From the NCBI RefSeq assembly GCF_009914755.1, contig NC_060942.1: a stretch of 64,000 nucleotides of DNA; one strand, 5' to 3'. Made by a program: the position numbers and the translations under genes. Each line of letters begins with the position of its first letter. The stretch's first letter is position 1. The notes below the pieces were generated by a model, which saw only the letters and a program-made list of their open reading frames with translations, did no database searches and was not told where the DNA came from. Below, one piece after another: positions 29,675 through 42,526 of this stretch. The stretch comes from the human T2T-CHM13v2.0 reference genome, Homo sapiens.

Positions 29675-30619
29675 GTCCTGGCACGATGCACCCAGCTTTG
29701 GTACCTCCCCTTGGGATCTGCCCCCCTGGGCTTTTCCCACCAGCTCCCTTGCTGAACCCTGAGATTTTAAGTGCCCCACCCGGCTTGATTCAGCGATCCA
29801 AGGTAGATAATACAAGTGCAGCCACCGTTGAGAAGAAAGCCACAGCAACCGTCACTGCCAAACCACAGATCACTAATCCCAAGGCAGAGATTACTCGATT
29901 TGTGCCCAGTGCATTGAGAGTACGTCGGGAGAATAAAAGGGCTACTGCTGCTTCCCAAAGAAAGTCAGAGGATAATTCTGCTGTGCCTCTTGCCAAAGCA
30001 GCACCCAAATCTGGTCCTTCTGTTCCTGTCTCAGTACAAACTAAGGATGATGTCTATGAGGCTTTCATGAAAGAGATGGAAGGGCTACTGTGACAGCTTT
30101 TGATGCCAGAACAGGCCTCTGTTCACAACAGTAGCCCATGGAGAAAGAGGCTCTTATTAAACTTAGATGAAAGAGCTGCTTCCATTGTCAGGGTATTTTC
30201 TAATTTCAGTTCAAGGAATATCCTAAAATTTAGCCTTGTTCAGAATTTGCTGCACATTAAAGAGGGTATTTCATTCAGAATAGATCAGTTATTGAAGCAG
30301 TGCTGCTAACATCCATTCCCTTTCACACCACCATTTTCACCCTGCTTCTTCCCCTTTGGAAATTTGTGATCGGGGGATCTTAGTTGCTTATTTGTTTTGA
30401 CTCTATTCTTATGTGCTGTGGGCACTGGAGTAGAGATTTCTGAAAAGCCAGTTTATTTCACCTTGCCTTTTGTGTTTGGGTTATTTGTAATGTTTTCCTG
30501 TAAATATTTTATAATATTTTGCTTGTAATGAAATAGATCACAATGTCATTTCCTAATACAAGGCAGGATATGTGGGAAGAAAATATACAATTCTTTGATT
30601 AAAATTATTTCCAACTGAC

Positions 30620-30648
30620 ATATATACATATATGTATATATATGTTAT
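30620..30648. repeat. (TA)n-rich tract at the position of the retrocopy poly(A) tail
   Basis: atatatacatatatgtatatatatgttat, 16 nt after ATTAAA. Confidence 0.8.
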
Positions 30649-30808
30649 AGGCCAGGTGTGGTGTTGAGCACCTGTAGTCCCATTTACTTAGGAGGCTGAG
30701 GCATAAGAATCACTTGAACCTGGGAGGCCAAGGTTACAGTGAGCCAAGATGGTGCCATTGCACTCCAGTCTGGGGGATAGAGCCAGACCCTGTTCAAAAA
30801 AATAAAAA
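30649..30808 (+). mobile_element. Alu right arm (host of the WBP11 retrocopy)
   Basis: ggccaggtgtggtgttgagcacctgtagtccc...A tail; aagtttat flanks both halves (27774-27781, 30808-30815). Confidence 0.92.
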
Positions 30809-31731
30809 AGTTTATTTTTGTCTAGAGTCAAATGAATGCCTCTCACTACCAACAGGGTGGAGCAGTTCCTGATGTATATTTAGTCCTCAGCAAATATTTT
30901 TTAATAAATTGATGAATATCATAAATATTATTATTCACAATAACATTTTTCTTAATATTTTTATGTGGCAGTTTTCTTACATACATTATCTCATTTAACA
31001 CAATAATTCTGTAAGGTGGGATTAACATTCTTGTGTTATAAATGAGTAAACTGAAATTTAGAGAGTATACATAGTTGGTCCAAGTCATAGTAAATGAAAG
31101 AATAAACCTAGGTCTTTTGAGTGGGTGTATTTTGCTAATGTTTTCTAAGATTTCCTAGTCCCATCCTGAACCTCATTCAGGTACAAATATCTGAGTATTA
31201 ATGACACTAACATGGTCATTCACAAAGTATAAGATGTAAATTTTGTGGTATTATGTGCAGATTTTGAAAGATTTAATAGGAGAAACTTTACACAGTTTAT
31301 GCATTTGTTGATATGTCAAACTAATTACCTAATTTTTATTTGGAAATGAGCTAATTCCTTTGCCAATGGGGTGGGATCCATAAAGGAGTGGGAGGGGCTG
31401 GGGAACCAGTAATAATACAGTTGGAACAGATTTCAATCATCCATTCACAGCAGAAAACCACACACCTTAGACCCATGCCAAGATTTACCAAACCATCAAT
31501 GCACTTAAAAGGTTTACTCCTTGATCATTTGATAGTGAAACACATGGTTTATGGGGTTCATATTATATACTAATCTCTTTTGTTATCATTTAAATAAAAA
31601 TTCTGGAGCCTTCTTACTGCAGGCCAGCTCTGCACCTGGTCTATGCTCCATATGTTTGCCCTCTCACCAAAAGACTCATACTGATGTTTAAAATGCCAAG
31701 AATAGAAAAGTGCCACATATCACTTATCAAG

Positions 31732-32071
31732 TGATATGGTTTGGCTGTGTCCCCACCCAAATCTCATCTTGAATTCCCACGTGTTGTGGGAGGGAACCAG
31801 TGGGAGGTAATCGAATCATGGGCTGAGGTCTCCCCTGCTGTTCTCCTGGTAGTAAATAAGTCTCACGAGATCTGATGGTTTTTAAAAGGGTGGTTTCTCT
31901 ACACAAGCTCTCTTCTCTTTTCTGCCGCTATGTGAGACGTGCCTTTTACCTTCCCAGGATTGTGAGGCCTCCCCAGCCACGTGGAACTGTAAGTCCAAAA
32001 AACCTCTTTCTTTTGTAAATTGCCCAGTCTCAGGTATGTCTTTATCAGCTGTGTGAAAACAAACTAATACA
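31732..32071 (+). mobile_element. THE1A/B (MaLR) solo LTR
   Basis: tgatatggtttggctgtgtccccacccaaatctc...actaataca; 5-bp TSD tcaag (31727-31731, 32072-32076). Confidence 0.93.
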
Positions 32072-32099
32072 TCAAGGGATCATTTCCAGTGAAGATTAT

Positions 32100-32435
<336 letters not shown>

Positions 32436-32597
32436 TGACTTTGAGGACTTTTTTTTTTGAGTGTCCTGATTATGACAAACAAGGCCTTCATTTTGGATTA
32501 AATGGAATTATCATGGTATAACCTTTCTAAATACATCTATTTGTTCTTCAAAATGTGAGGCAATTGGACATTTTCATCTATTTCTTCAATACATTTT

Positions 32598-33100
32598 TGT
32601 CACGGGTGAGTGATGACTAGCTCGGCCAGTGGTGCAGGGGTAATAGAATTTACCACGGCAGTTGTAGGTAAAGAACGCAGATTTATTAGAGAAAGTAGGA
32701 AAATATCTTGTGAGAAGGCAATGGGCAGACCAGCAGAAGAGAGGCTGACTGCAAGGAAACAAAGGCTTGCTGGAGATTTTATAGGATGGTTCTTGGGTTG
32801 ATTGATAATGCCAAAGCAGCAGAGAGCTTAAATGGCATTCTTCTGTCAGCCGAGGCATTTGATAAATTGAGGCATTTGAGGGTAAGCAGGAAGTTTGTGA
32901 GTTATGTATGTTATCTGTGCAGGAGGACCATCTATCCTGGGCCATAAAGGAAAGCAGACCTATAGCTCATCTCCTTCCTCTTTTGTTTATATGTCCTGGA
33001 CCATGAAGAAAGGCAGACTTATAGCTTATTTGCTTTATCTCTTTACTTTCCCTTGCTACCTCCACCAGCCTAACTCCTTTTCCCTAATTAGGGCTCCTCA
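32598..33100 (-). mobile_element. ERV1-class solo LTR (MER4-group-like; subfamily uncertain) inserted in an L2 tail
   Basis: TG...CA ends, tttatt near the left end, ~500 bp; right flank tatttactgagcacctact is L2-like. Confidence 0.65.
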
Positions 33101-33600
33101 GTATTTACTGAGCACCTACTACAGACTAGCTGTTCCTACTGCGTGGGAATCATCACTGAACAAATCAAAGGTCCCTATTCTTGAGAATCTGTGCATTTTC
33201 ATGAAAATGTATTCTGTACTTATGGAAAAGTGGAAGGAAGAGTTTTCAGACACATAGGCTGCCTTAAATTTTATTCTCCAATTCCAAAAAATTTAGAAGA
33301 GCACAGAAATTCTTACAAAATAACTTAATATTTAGAGTTAACAGATGATGCATACAAGTTGTCAGGCATGTTTTAGATACATTAATTTAATCCTTACGAA
33401 AACTCTATGACACTACTTTCAATCTCATAGACAAGGAAACTGAGGCAAAGAGAAGTAAAAAAACTCACCCAATGTCATACAAATTTTCCTGCAGCAGAAT
33501 CTGGACTTGAACCTGGTTCATTCATCCTCATTGTCTTTGTTCTAATGCACCGCAGGATTCTGTTTTGCTGTAATTGGCCTTTAGTCAAAGTCTCGCAGAG

Positions 33601-33893
<293 letters not shown>

Positions 33894-36369
33894 GACGCAG
33901 AAGATTTGAAATGGATTGAGACTCGTAAACTCATTTGATAAGATATCTTGTGCATTTTAGGAATTCTCCCAAGTGGTCCTGGCTCTTCTTGAAAACTATA
34001 CAGAAAAATACTATTTCTTCACATGACAAATCCCTTCGATTATCAGCAGAAAGCCATTATTGCCCTTCTCCTTTCCCCTCTCCCAGTACTTTTAATGATT
34101 CTTTTTTTTCCCTCTCTCTCCTTTTTAGGTTAAACAACTTCTTATTCCACAACTATCTAGAAGTAAAAATTACTATAAATTGAATGATGAAAACTTCAGG
34201 TCATTCCTTTCAAAGTGCTTTCCAGTGCTGCATGGAGAAAAAACGCAATCTACAACCACAACAATAAATGAGGTATGAGATTTAATTCTGGATATTACAG
34301 GGAGGCTTAATGAAGCAGAGAAGTGGATTTCCGGAGAAGGAGAGATTAAAGTCTGGAAAAGAAGTATACCTGTCTGGGGATTAAAAAACAAACAACTTTG
34401 AACGGTCAAGGAACCTGGAAACCAAGCTCATAAAAGGTAACATCTGTGCCCTTAAACTAACTTAAGGTGAGAAAATTTAGGTGAGAAAGAAATTATTTAA
34501 ATAAAATGTTGCCATAAAAAATCATTTGCCTTGAAAAAATAATTTTCATGCTGAGGATCCAAGGACTCATTATTAGGGAAATTGTAGCAGAAGTAGATCT
34601 GGTGTATAGTTCAGACTCTCCAGAGGATAGTTACTTCTGATAAAATGGTAAGTGTGAAAGCACATTAAAAAGTTAAAAATAACTATATAACAACTGTATT
34701 TTTGTTTCATGAAAATTTTAATTTTGGTGAAATAAAAAGTACCTTTGGCAGCACATAACAGGACTAATAAAATGTGGAAGCCATTTATTTCAAACCCACT
34801 TTAATTAGAGTTTAAAAGTTACTTAGATAAACCTGAAATTATGGGTTAAAATGGGGTAAAAAGTGTGTCTAAAAATTTTTCAAATGTTAAAAAACCCAAA
34901 CTTAATACACAAGAAACCCCAAGGAGACAATAAGAAAATCTAATGGCTATCTTATTCTTCCAAACTTAATCTTAACATGTATGTTGTGGGTACAATAAAT
35001 TAAGGCTCCATATAATGAGGTTTTAATTTATTTATAAGATATTTTTAAATGATTACAATCTGGTAAATAATACATTGGATGTGTATTCACTAATCTAGAG
35101 ATGAGGGGCAAAGGTAATCTCTTCAGGTTAGGTTTGTTTGGCTATAATATGTGTTTCTGAAATGAGAATTAGCAAAATTAGCTCATATGGGATGGACAAA
35201 TTGAGAAATAATGTGAATAAAATAGTTTATCTGTTTTTCAAGCACGTTAATGCTTTGCACTTTCAAGTACAGTAACAGCAGCAAATTGGAAAGTAAGTGC
35301 AGGGTTGAAAGCAGCAAGCCATAGAGGAGCCCAGTTTTGTATTTTCACACTCAGATTTCCGCTTCCTTGTTTGGCCCGGCGCTCTGTCTTGGATGTGCCT
35401 GTTGAGAGTGATACTCTCAGATCTTTATTCAGTTTTCTCTGCTCTATCATTTAGCAACCTCAACTTTCCTTATATCCACTTCTGTCAAGCTACTATCATT
35501 TTTTCTTAAGGTAATGTCTTATATATTCCGTAGCATTGTTTTGTTTATTTAAAAATTTAGCATGTCTCTTTAACTGTATAATGTTTTCTTAAAGACCGTT
35601 ATTGATCCTATTAGTTCTTTGACTGCAAAGTTTCGAGTTTACTGCTCCTAATTCCATTTTCCCCATGCACTTTGTCGTATTTAGTGCACAGTTTTGGAGG
35701 ATGTGAGATTTTTCAGGAAATGCTTGTAACTTCTAATATGGTATGTCCATAAACTTATGACCCTGTTCAGATAGTGGTTGCCATGTATTTAGCAAATCTT
35801 CCTGAGAAGTCTCAAGTATACAGTAATGAGTTATCAATTGTTGGACACTAAATCTCAAAAAAGACAAATCCAGCCATAAAAATAGTGTGTCAGAGCAAAT
35901 ATAAACCAAATTATCAGGATGCAAATATATTATTACTTTGATATGGAGAGAATAATTGTTTTCGTATTCAAATTCATCTTATAAATACTATGTGGTTGAT
36001 AGTTATATTGAAGAAATAATTAACAAATTTAGGTTTGTATAACTCTATAGCCTAAATCAGAAAAAGCATGTTCATCTGTTTTTAAATACACACACATTAA
36101 ACCATTAAATGATGACTTTGTATTTAACAGGACAACTGATTTCTAGTTCTTGACAAGTTAACTTACTTTTTACTAGAATCATACTAACATCTTCTTTAAG
36201 GAAGAGTAGTAGTAATTTAAGAAAGCCTGTGTTTAGTAACAAATTTAGAAAATCTAAGACATTTTGAGTTCACAGAAAAGAAAATAAAGATTATTTAGAA
36301 AAGAAACTTGTAGACTTTATGATACTAAGAAAGAATGCATTAATAAAATGTAATTAATTATTTCACAAT

Positions 36370-36530
36370 TAACTTCCTTAAGCCTGTTTTTCATCTGTAA
36401 ATGAGGAGAATAATGATAATAGCTACCTAAAGCATTATTAGGAGGATTAAATGAGATAATATTGAGCATTGTAAAGCACTTATCACAGTGGCTGGTCCAT
36501 AGTAAATCTTCATTTAAAAGTTGGTAATTA
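36370..36530 (+). mobile_element. MIR fragment
   Basis: ctgtttttcatctgtaaatgaggagaataatgataatagctaccta...gaggattaaatgagataat. Confidence 0.7.
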
Positions 36531-37417
36531 TTCTAATTGGCAATTAAAAATCCCATTGTTTAGAATGGAGATACATTAATCAATCCTGAGATTTTAATAT
36601 TTGAGTCATAGACTATTTTTTGCTACTACAAGGTGTCACTCTTTAAATTTTCTCTCTGAAAATGATGACTATTTTATAAAGCCAAAATCCACAACAATGC
36701 ATGGAGCACCGGGTAAGGCAGTGAACTAAATGTTAATCTGGAGACAAATAAATGTAAGATACAATCCCTGCAATCAAAGTTTACAACCAGATCGGACAAA
36801 GAAGACGTAAGAAAGTAACTGTTTGGTTTTTCTGCAATGCATTAGTTACTTACATGGTACTGATACTCAGAGAATAGTTTTTACCCTTTCCCCAAGTAAA
36901 AATTAACCCTCTCTTAAGCTCTTTATCAAGGTTAGCTTAAGTGGTATTATTGTATATAAACATATCACATACTGCAGAAGCTCCCAAATCTTAATGAGTT
37001 AGCAAGGACTTAATGTTAAGAAAAAAGATAGTTAGAAGATACTGTCTGTCATTACAACATATTAAATGCCAAAGACAAAAAGACGTAAAAAGCCTCAAGC
37101 AAAAAAAGATTTCATAGGCATTCTGATATCTTTCACCTGTATTATTGCAAAATTCTGAGTTAGTCTTACCACTTTTAATCTCTTCTGATTCCAGTTCATC
37201 TTACACATATCTGCTTAAAATAGGTAGTTTTCTCTTTTGCAAGAATATGAAGCAATTTTCTGGTCAGGATCATATCAGACTTAAGGGCTTTAGGCTTACA
37301 ATCATGACATCTTATTAAACGGTAAACCACTCTTCTATCTTGTCCTACACTTGAACAAATCTAGGCTCAATGCCATGGCCTACTAAATTTAAAAAATCCA
37401 TGAAAAAAGCAAAACGA

Positions 37418-37961
<544 letters not shown>

Positions 37962-38392
37962 GTATATTCTTTACATATACAGGATGAACTGATAGATTTT
38001 TATTTTATACTTTGGGAATAATCCTCTACTATTTTATTTATTTTGTTGCTCAAATGGTTCCAGCTTTGGCCACTGGGAGCCCTTTCAGCTGGCTCCTGTT
38101 CCCCTTTCATGTATCCCCATCACTGTGGTTTTCTTTTTCAGCACTTCCTTCTTTTTTGGAGATGCAAGACATTCCAGAGTCATCTTGTAGATTTCCTGCC
38201 CCAATCTTAGAATCAGCCATTACTCGAAGTAGCCTTGGCCTCTTTTATAAGAGAATGGTATTAGAAACCAAGACTTGGGTGCTAGGTGTGCTTGTTACTA
38301 CTGGAGTGTCATTGCATTTATGCCCTCTCAGCTGATAGAGAAAGAAAATATATGTATGAGTATATAAATATGTATAAATGCAAACCTATGTA

Positions 38393-38794
38393 TATGCATT
38401 AGCTTGCTAGGGTTGCTGTAACAACCTATTGTAAAAACACAATAGATTGGGTGGCTTAAACAACAGAAATTTCTCACAATTCTGGAGACTGGAAGTCTGA
38501 GATCAAGGTGTTAGCAAGATTGATTTCTTCTGGGGGCTTTCTCCTTGGCTTGCAGATGTTCACCTTCTCTGTGTCCTTGCATGGTTTTTCCTGTGTGTGT
38601 GTCTGTCCTAATCTCTTCTTCTTACAAAGACACCAGCCATGCTGGATTAGTTCCCACCCACATAACCTCATTTTACCTTAATTACCCCCTTAAAGGCCTT
38701 ATCTCCACATACAGCCACATTCTGAGGTACTGGGGATTAGGACTTCAACATATGAATTTATGTGGTTGGGGGAGACAAAATTCAGCTCATAACA
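38393..38794 (-). mobile_element. MLT1 (MaLR) LTR within an old L1M fragment
   Basis: gctagggttgctgtaacaa...ggtggcttaaacaacagaaattt...aattcagctcataaca. Confidence 0.85.
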
Positions 38795-38944
38795 GTACAC
38801 ATGTCTATAAATATTTCTAAATGTAACCATTTATCTATATTAAGCTAAACAGGAGTTCATATTGAGGTCTCCGTCTTAAAATTATTTTAAAAATCCTTTT
38901 TAGCCAGGCACTGTGGCTTAAAAATTATTTTAAAAATCCTTTTT

Positions 38945-39228
38945 AGCCAGGCACCTGTAATCCTAGCACTTTTGGAGGCAGAGGTGGGCGGATCACTTGA
39001 GGTCAGGAGTTCGAGACCAGCCTGGCTAACATGGTGAAATCCCATCTCCACTAAAAATACAAAAATTAGCTGGGCATGGTGGCAGGTGCCTGTAATCCCA
39101 GCTACTTGGGAGGCTGAGGCAGGAGAGTTGCTTGAACCTGGAGGAGGTTGCAGCAAGCTGATATTGCGCCACTGCACTCCAGCTTGGGCAACAGAGTGAG
39201 AGTCCATCTCAAAAAACAAAAACCAAAA
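38945..39228 (+). mobile_element. AluS with rearranged 5' end
   Basis: Dimer; 5' end preceded by a duplicated 37-38-bp block (38875-38911 / 38917-38954). Confidence 0.92.
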
Positions 39229-39714
39229 ACCTTTTATGTCTTAAAATAATTATAGATTCACAGGAAGTTCCAGAAATAGTACAGAGAAGTTCAGTGTACC
39301 TTCACCTACTTTCTCCTGATGGTTACATTTTATAGGAAATTGACATTGGTAAAATGTGTGTGTATAGCTCTGTGACATTTCAACACGTGTTGATTCATGT
39401 GACCACCAGAAAAAGATGCAGAACTATTCCATCAATACCAAGATCTTCTTCCTGCCACCCCCTTATAGTCACATTCATCTCCCTACCCCCTCCCTTGTCA
39501 TGATCCCTAAACAGTAATTCTCAACTACTAATCTCTTTTCCATGTTTAGAATCTTGTTTTGAGAACATTATATGAATGGAATCATACAGTATGTGACCTT
39601 TTAAGAGTGAATTTTTTCACTCAGAGATCCATACAAATGTCATGTTTCAACAGTTTGTCTTTCTGTATACAACCACCTCCCCCCTACAAAAAAAAAAAAC
39701 ACCACAGTTTAGAA

Positions 39715-39984
<270 letters not shown>

Positions 39985-40574
39985 TAGAAAATTTTGAGGA
40001 GGCAAGAGAGGTTCCATCTTCTATACATGTGTTGTTATTCTACCCCTGAAAATGAAATAGTAGATCTTTAATCTACTATTTCCATGAAAAAATGGCTTCT
40101 TTCTAGTATATGAGCATGTGGCAGGAGGTAGCTGAGTAGGGACCCATTCGAAGTTCTATCCTATTAATTCTTCTTCCAATAGAGGGTGACATTTGGGTAA
40201 ATGATAAAACATATCAGTTCTCTCCCAAAACCTCTACCCAAATAAGTCTACTTCTGATACTTTTCAGATACTGTTTCAAATAGAATCATGAAGCCTATAT
40301 CTGAAAATTAAGAATGAAAGTTGTCTTATAGCTCAAATAATTTCCCTCTTAAACTACATTTTATAAATGTGTTTCAGAAAAACAAGGCTATTATTGTTTT
40401 ATTGTCACATCTTCATTTTATCATCCATTTATCACTATTTATTGTGTTCCCATATCACTGTTGTAAGCACTGTTGATAGTTGTAAAGAACTGCAAAAATA
40501 TAGTTCCTGCCATTGAAGCTCTATAGTATAAGAAGATACACAGAACAACCAGAAATAACACAAATGATGAAAAC

Positions 40575-40915
40575 TAGTGATTTCAAATTGTTTGGTCTCA
40601 GAAACTCTTTGCACTCTTAAAATTATTAAAGACCCCCAAAAGCTTTTGTTTATATGGGTTATATCTATTTATACATATATAAAAATATATATATACTATA
40701 TATATAGTATAAAAAGTGAAATTAGAAATTTTAGTATACAAGCATATATTCCGTTAGTAATGATGTCCATATGTATCATGTAGACTTGGGAAAGAATGAG
40801 GGTGAAAAGGCCAGTTGTATCTTCAAATTATTATGAAAATTGTTTTGACTTCACAGATTCCCTTAAAAAGTTATTGAGACACATGCATCCTCAGACCACA
40901 CTCTGAGAATCTCTG
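40575..40915. mobile_element. Charlie1-family hAT non-autonomous element
   Basis: tggtctcagaaactctttgcactcttaaaattattaaagacccccaaaagcttttg at one end and gaccacactctgagaatctctg at the other. Confidence 0.7.
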
Positions 40916-42471
40916 GTGTAAGAATGCAAGTGTATTCATCATCAAACATAGATTTTAAAGAGCTCTAGGAGAGAATGACATGAATTTCATATGAAGTAAA
41001 AATACAAAGATCTTAGGAGGCAGAGGCAGAAATCAGAAATGTGCAAAGCATATGCCATTTAAAGAAATGCTAGCAAGCATTTCTGCTAGCATTTCTTCAA
41101 ATGAAATGAAATTTCTGATTATGATATGCCAATCACTCTATAGATTCACTATTATGTAATATAGCTTTACTTCATGGCTTATATTTGAAATAATTATGTC
41201 ATACTTCTCAAAATTTATCCCAGAGAAATAAAAGTTTATGTCTTCACAAAAACCTGGATATTAACATTCATAGCAGCTTTATTTGTAATTTTTCAAAACT
41301 GGAAATGACAAAGTGTGTCATAAATGGTTAACTGTGGATCACCCACGTCATGGAATATTACATAGAAATAACAAAGGAACAACTAGTGAGTTAATGGTAA
41401 TAAAGAGGGAATAATTTATCCATTAAAAATGAAACATATTAATTTAGCTCTTATTTTGCACTGCATGCTGTACTAAGTTTGTGGAACATAAAGACAAAAA
41501 CCGTGGTTTTTACCACAAATAGATTCATAGTTTTATCCTGGTTTAGTTTTTAAATTTCAAAATGAAGCCTTAAGTCCCTGCAACTCCTTGGTTCTACCCT
41601 CAAAGCAAAATGTTTTTCCTGGGAAATTTGCTCTTTTTCTAATTTAACTAAAAAGTGGTCACTAGTCCTCTAATCCTCCAAAATAATTTAATTTGTAAAT
41701 AACAAAATGGCTGAACAATTCTGAATAAGAACATTTAGATGACCCTATCCTAGTTGCTGAGATCACATTTATACCAACCAAAGATAGTGATAAGACACTT
41801 TGGGGTCTTGGCCTATTTGAAATCATAACAAAGACCATTTTCCATTATTTATAAGGATATATTTTTTCTTTATAAAGTGAAGATAAAAATATATTTATAT
41901 ATGATTTTTAAAATGCTGTATCTCCAATCTTATAACTAGGGGCCCAAGTGGAAAAACTAGTTTGACAATGTTCATTTGACCTTTAAGATATAGAATTTCT
42001 CATCTTTATTGTACAAGTTAGTTCATTTCTTTGCAAGCCATGTATGGCCCATCTCCTTTCTCCTGTTACAGTTCTTGCTTTTTAATTAGGCTGTGCATGC
42101 TAATGCATAGCTGATTGTAGGGGAACATTTTAAGTTTTATTTTAACTGCAATAAAAATAGTCTTGCACTAAATATTTGCAAAGGTCAAAATTTTTACACT
42201 TGAAAAGCACTCCTACAGAGAATAAAAGAATATAATTGAATAGCTTTTCATATACCTAGCACATGGTAGATACTCAGTAAATATGTGTCGAGTGAATGAA
42301 ACATTGACCGTATGTTGACGTTCTCTTACGATATGTTTAGTTAATTCAGTTAAACATTTATTGTGTGTATTCTTTGTACCAGGCATAGTGCAGAGGATTA
42401 AAAAGTTAATAGGATGAGTTTGCCTTAAAATACTTCAGAGTCCAGAGGAGAAGACCTACTATTTCTAAATA

Positions 42472-42526
42472 TTAGGTTGGTGCAAAAGTAATTGCAAAAA
42501 CTGTAATTACTTTTGCACCAACCTAA
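42472..42526. mobile_element. MADE1 (Hsmar1-derived MITE), internally deleted
   Basis: ttaggttggtgcaaaagtaattgc...gtaattacttttgcaccaacctaa; 55 bp versus the ~80-bp consensus; TA on the left, TG on the right. Confidence 0.93.

Larger units (their letters stand above)
27921..30619 (+). pseudogene. WBP11P1: Processed pseudogene of WW domain-binding protein 11 (WBP11/NpwBP/SIPP1); probably the locus named WBP11P1, paralogue number unconfirmed
   Basis: Intronless 5' UTR, CDS and 3' UTR. ATG 28163 (MGRRSASSTKSGKFMNPTDQARKEAR), early frameshift and TGA at 28265. Later frames give MKDPKQMIRDMEKLDEMEFNPVQQPQ, HVEVESIPLPDMP, KKSGLSVRFADMPGKSRKKK and ...DDVYEAFMKEMEGLL* (TGA 30091-30093). ATTAAA at 30598-30603. 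The WBP11 origin is firm; the P1 name is from memory. Confidence 0.9.

Noticed and set aside
28163-30093. Functional WBP11 gene
   Set aside because: Intronless, frameshift with a stop at codon 35, further indels and stops, and a foreign insert.
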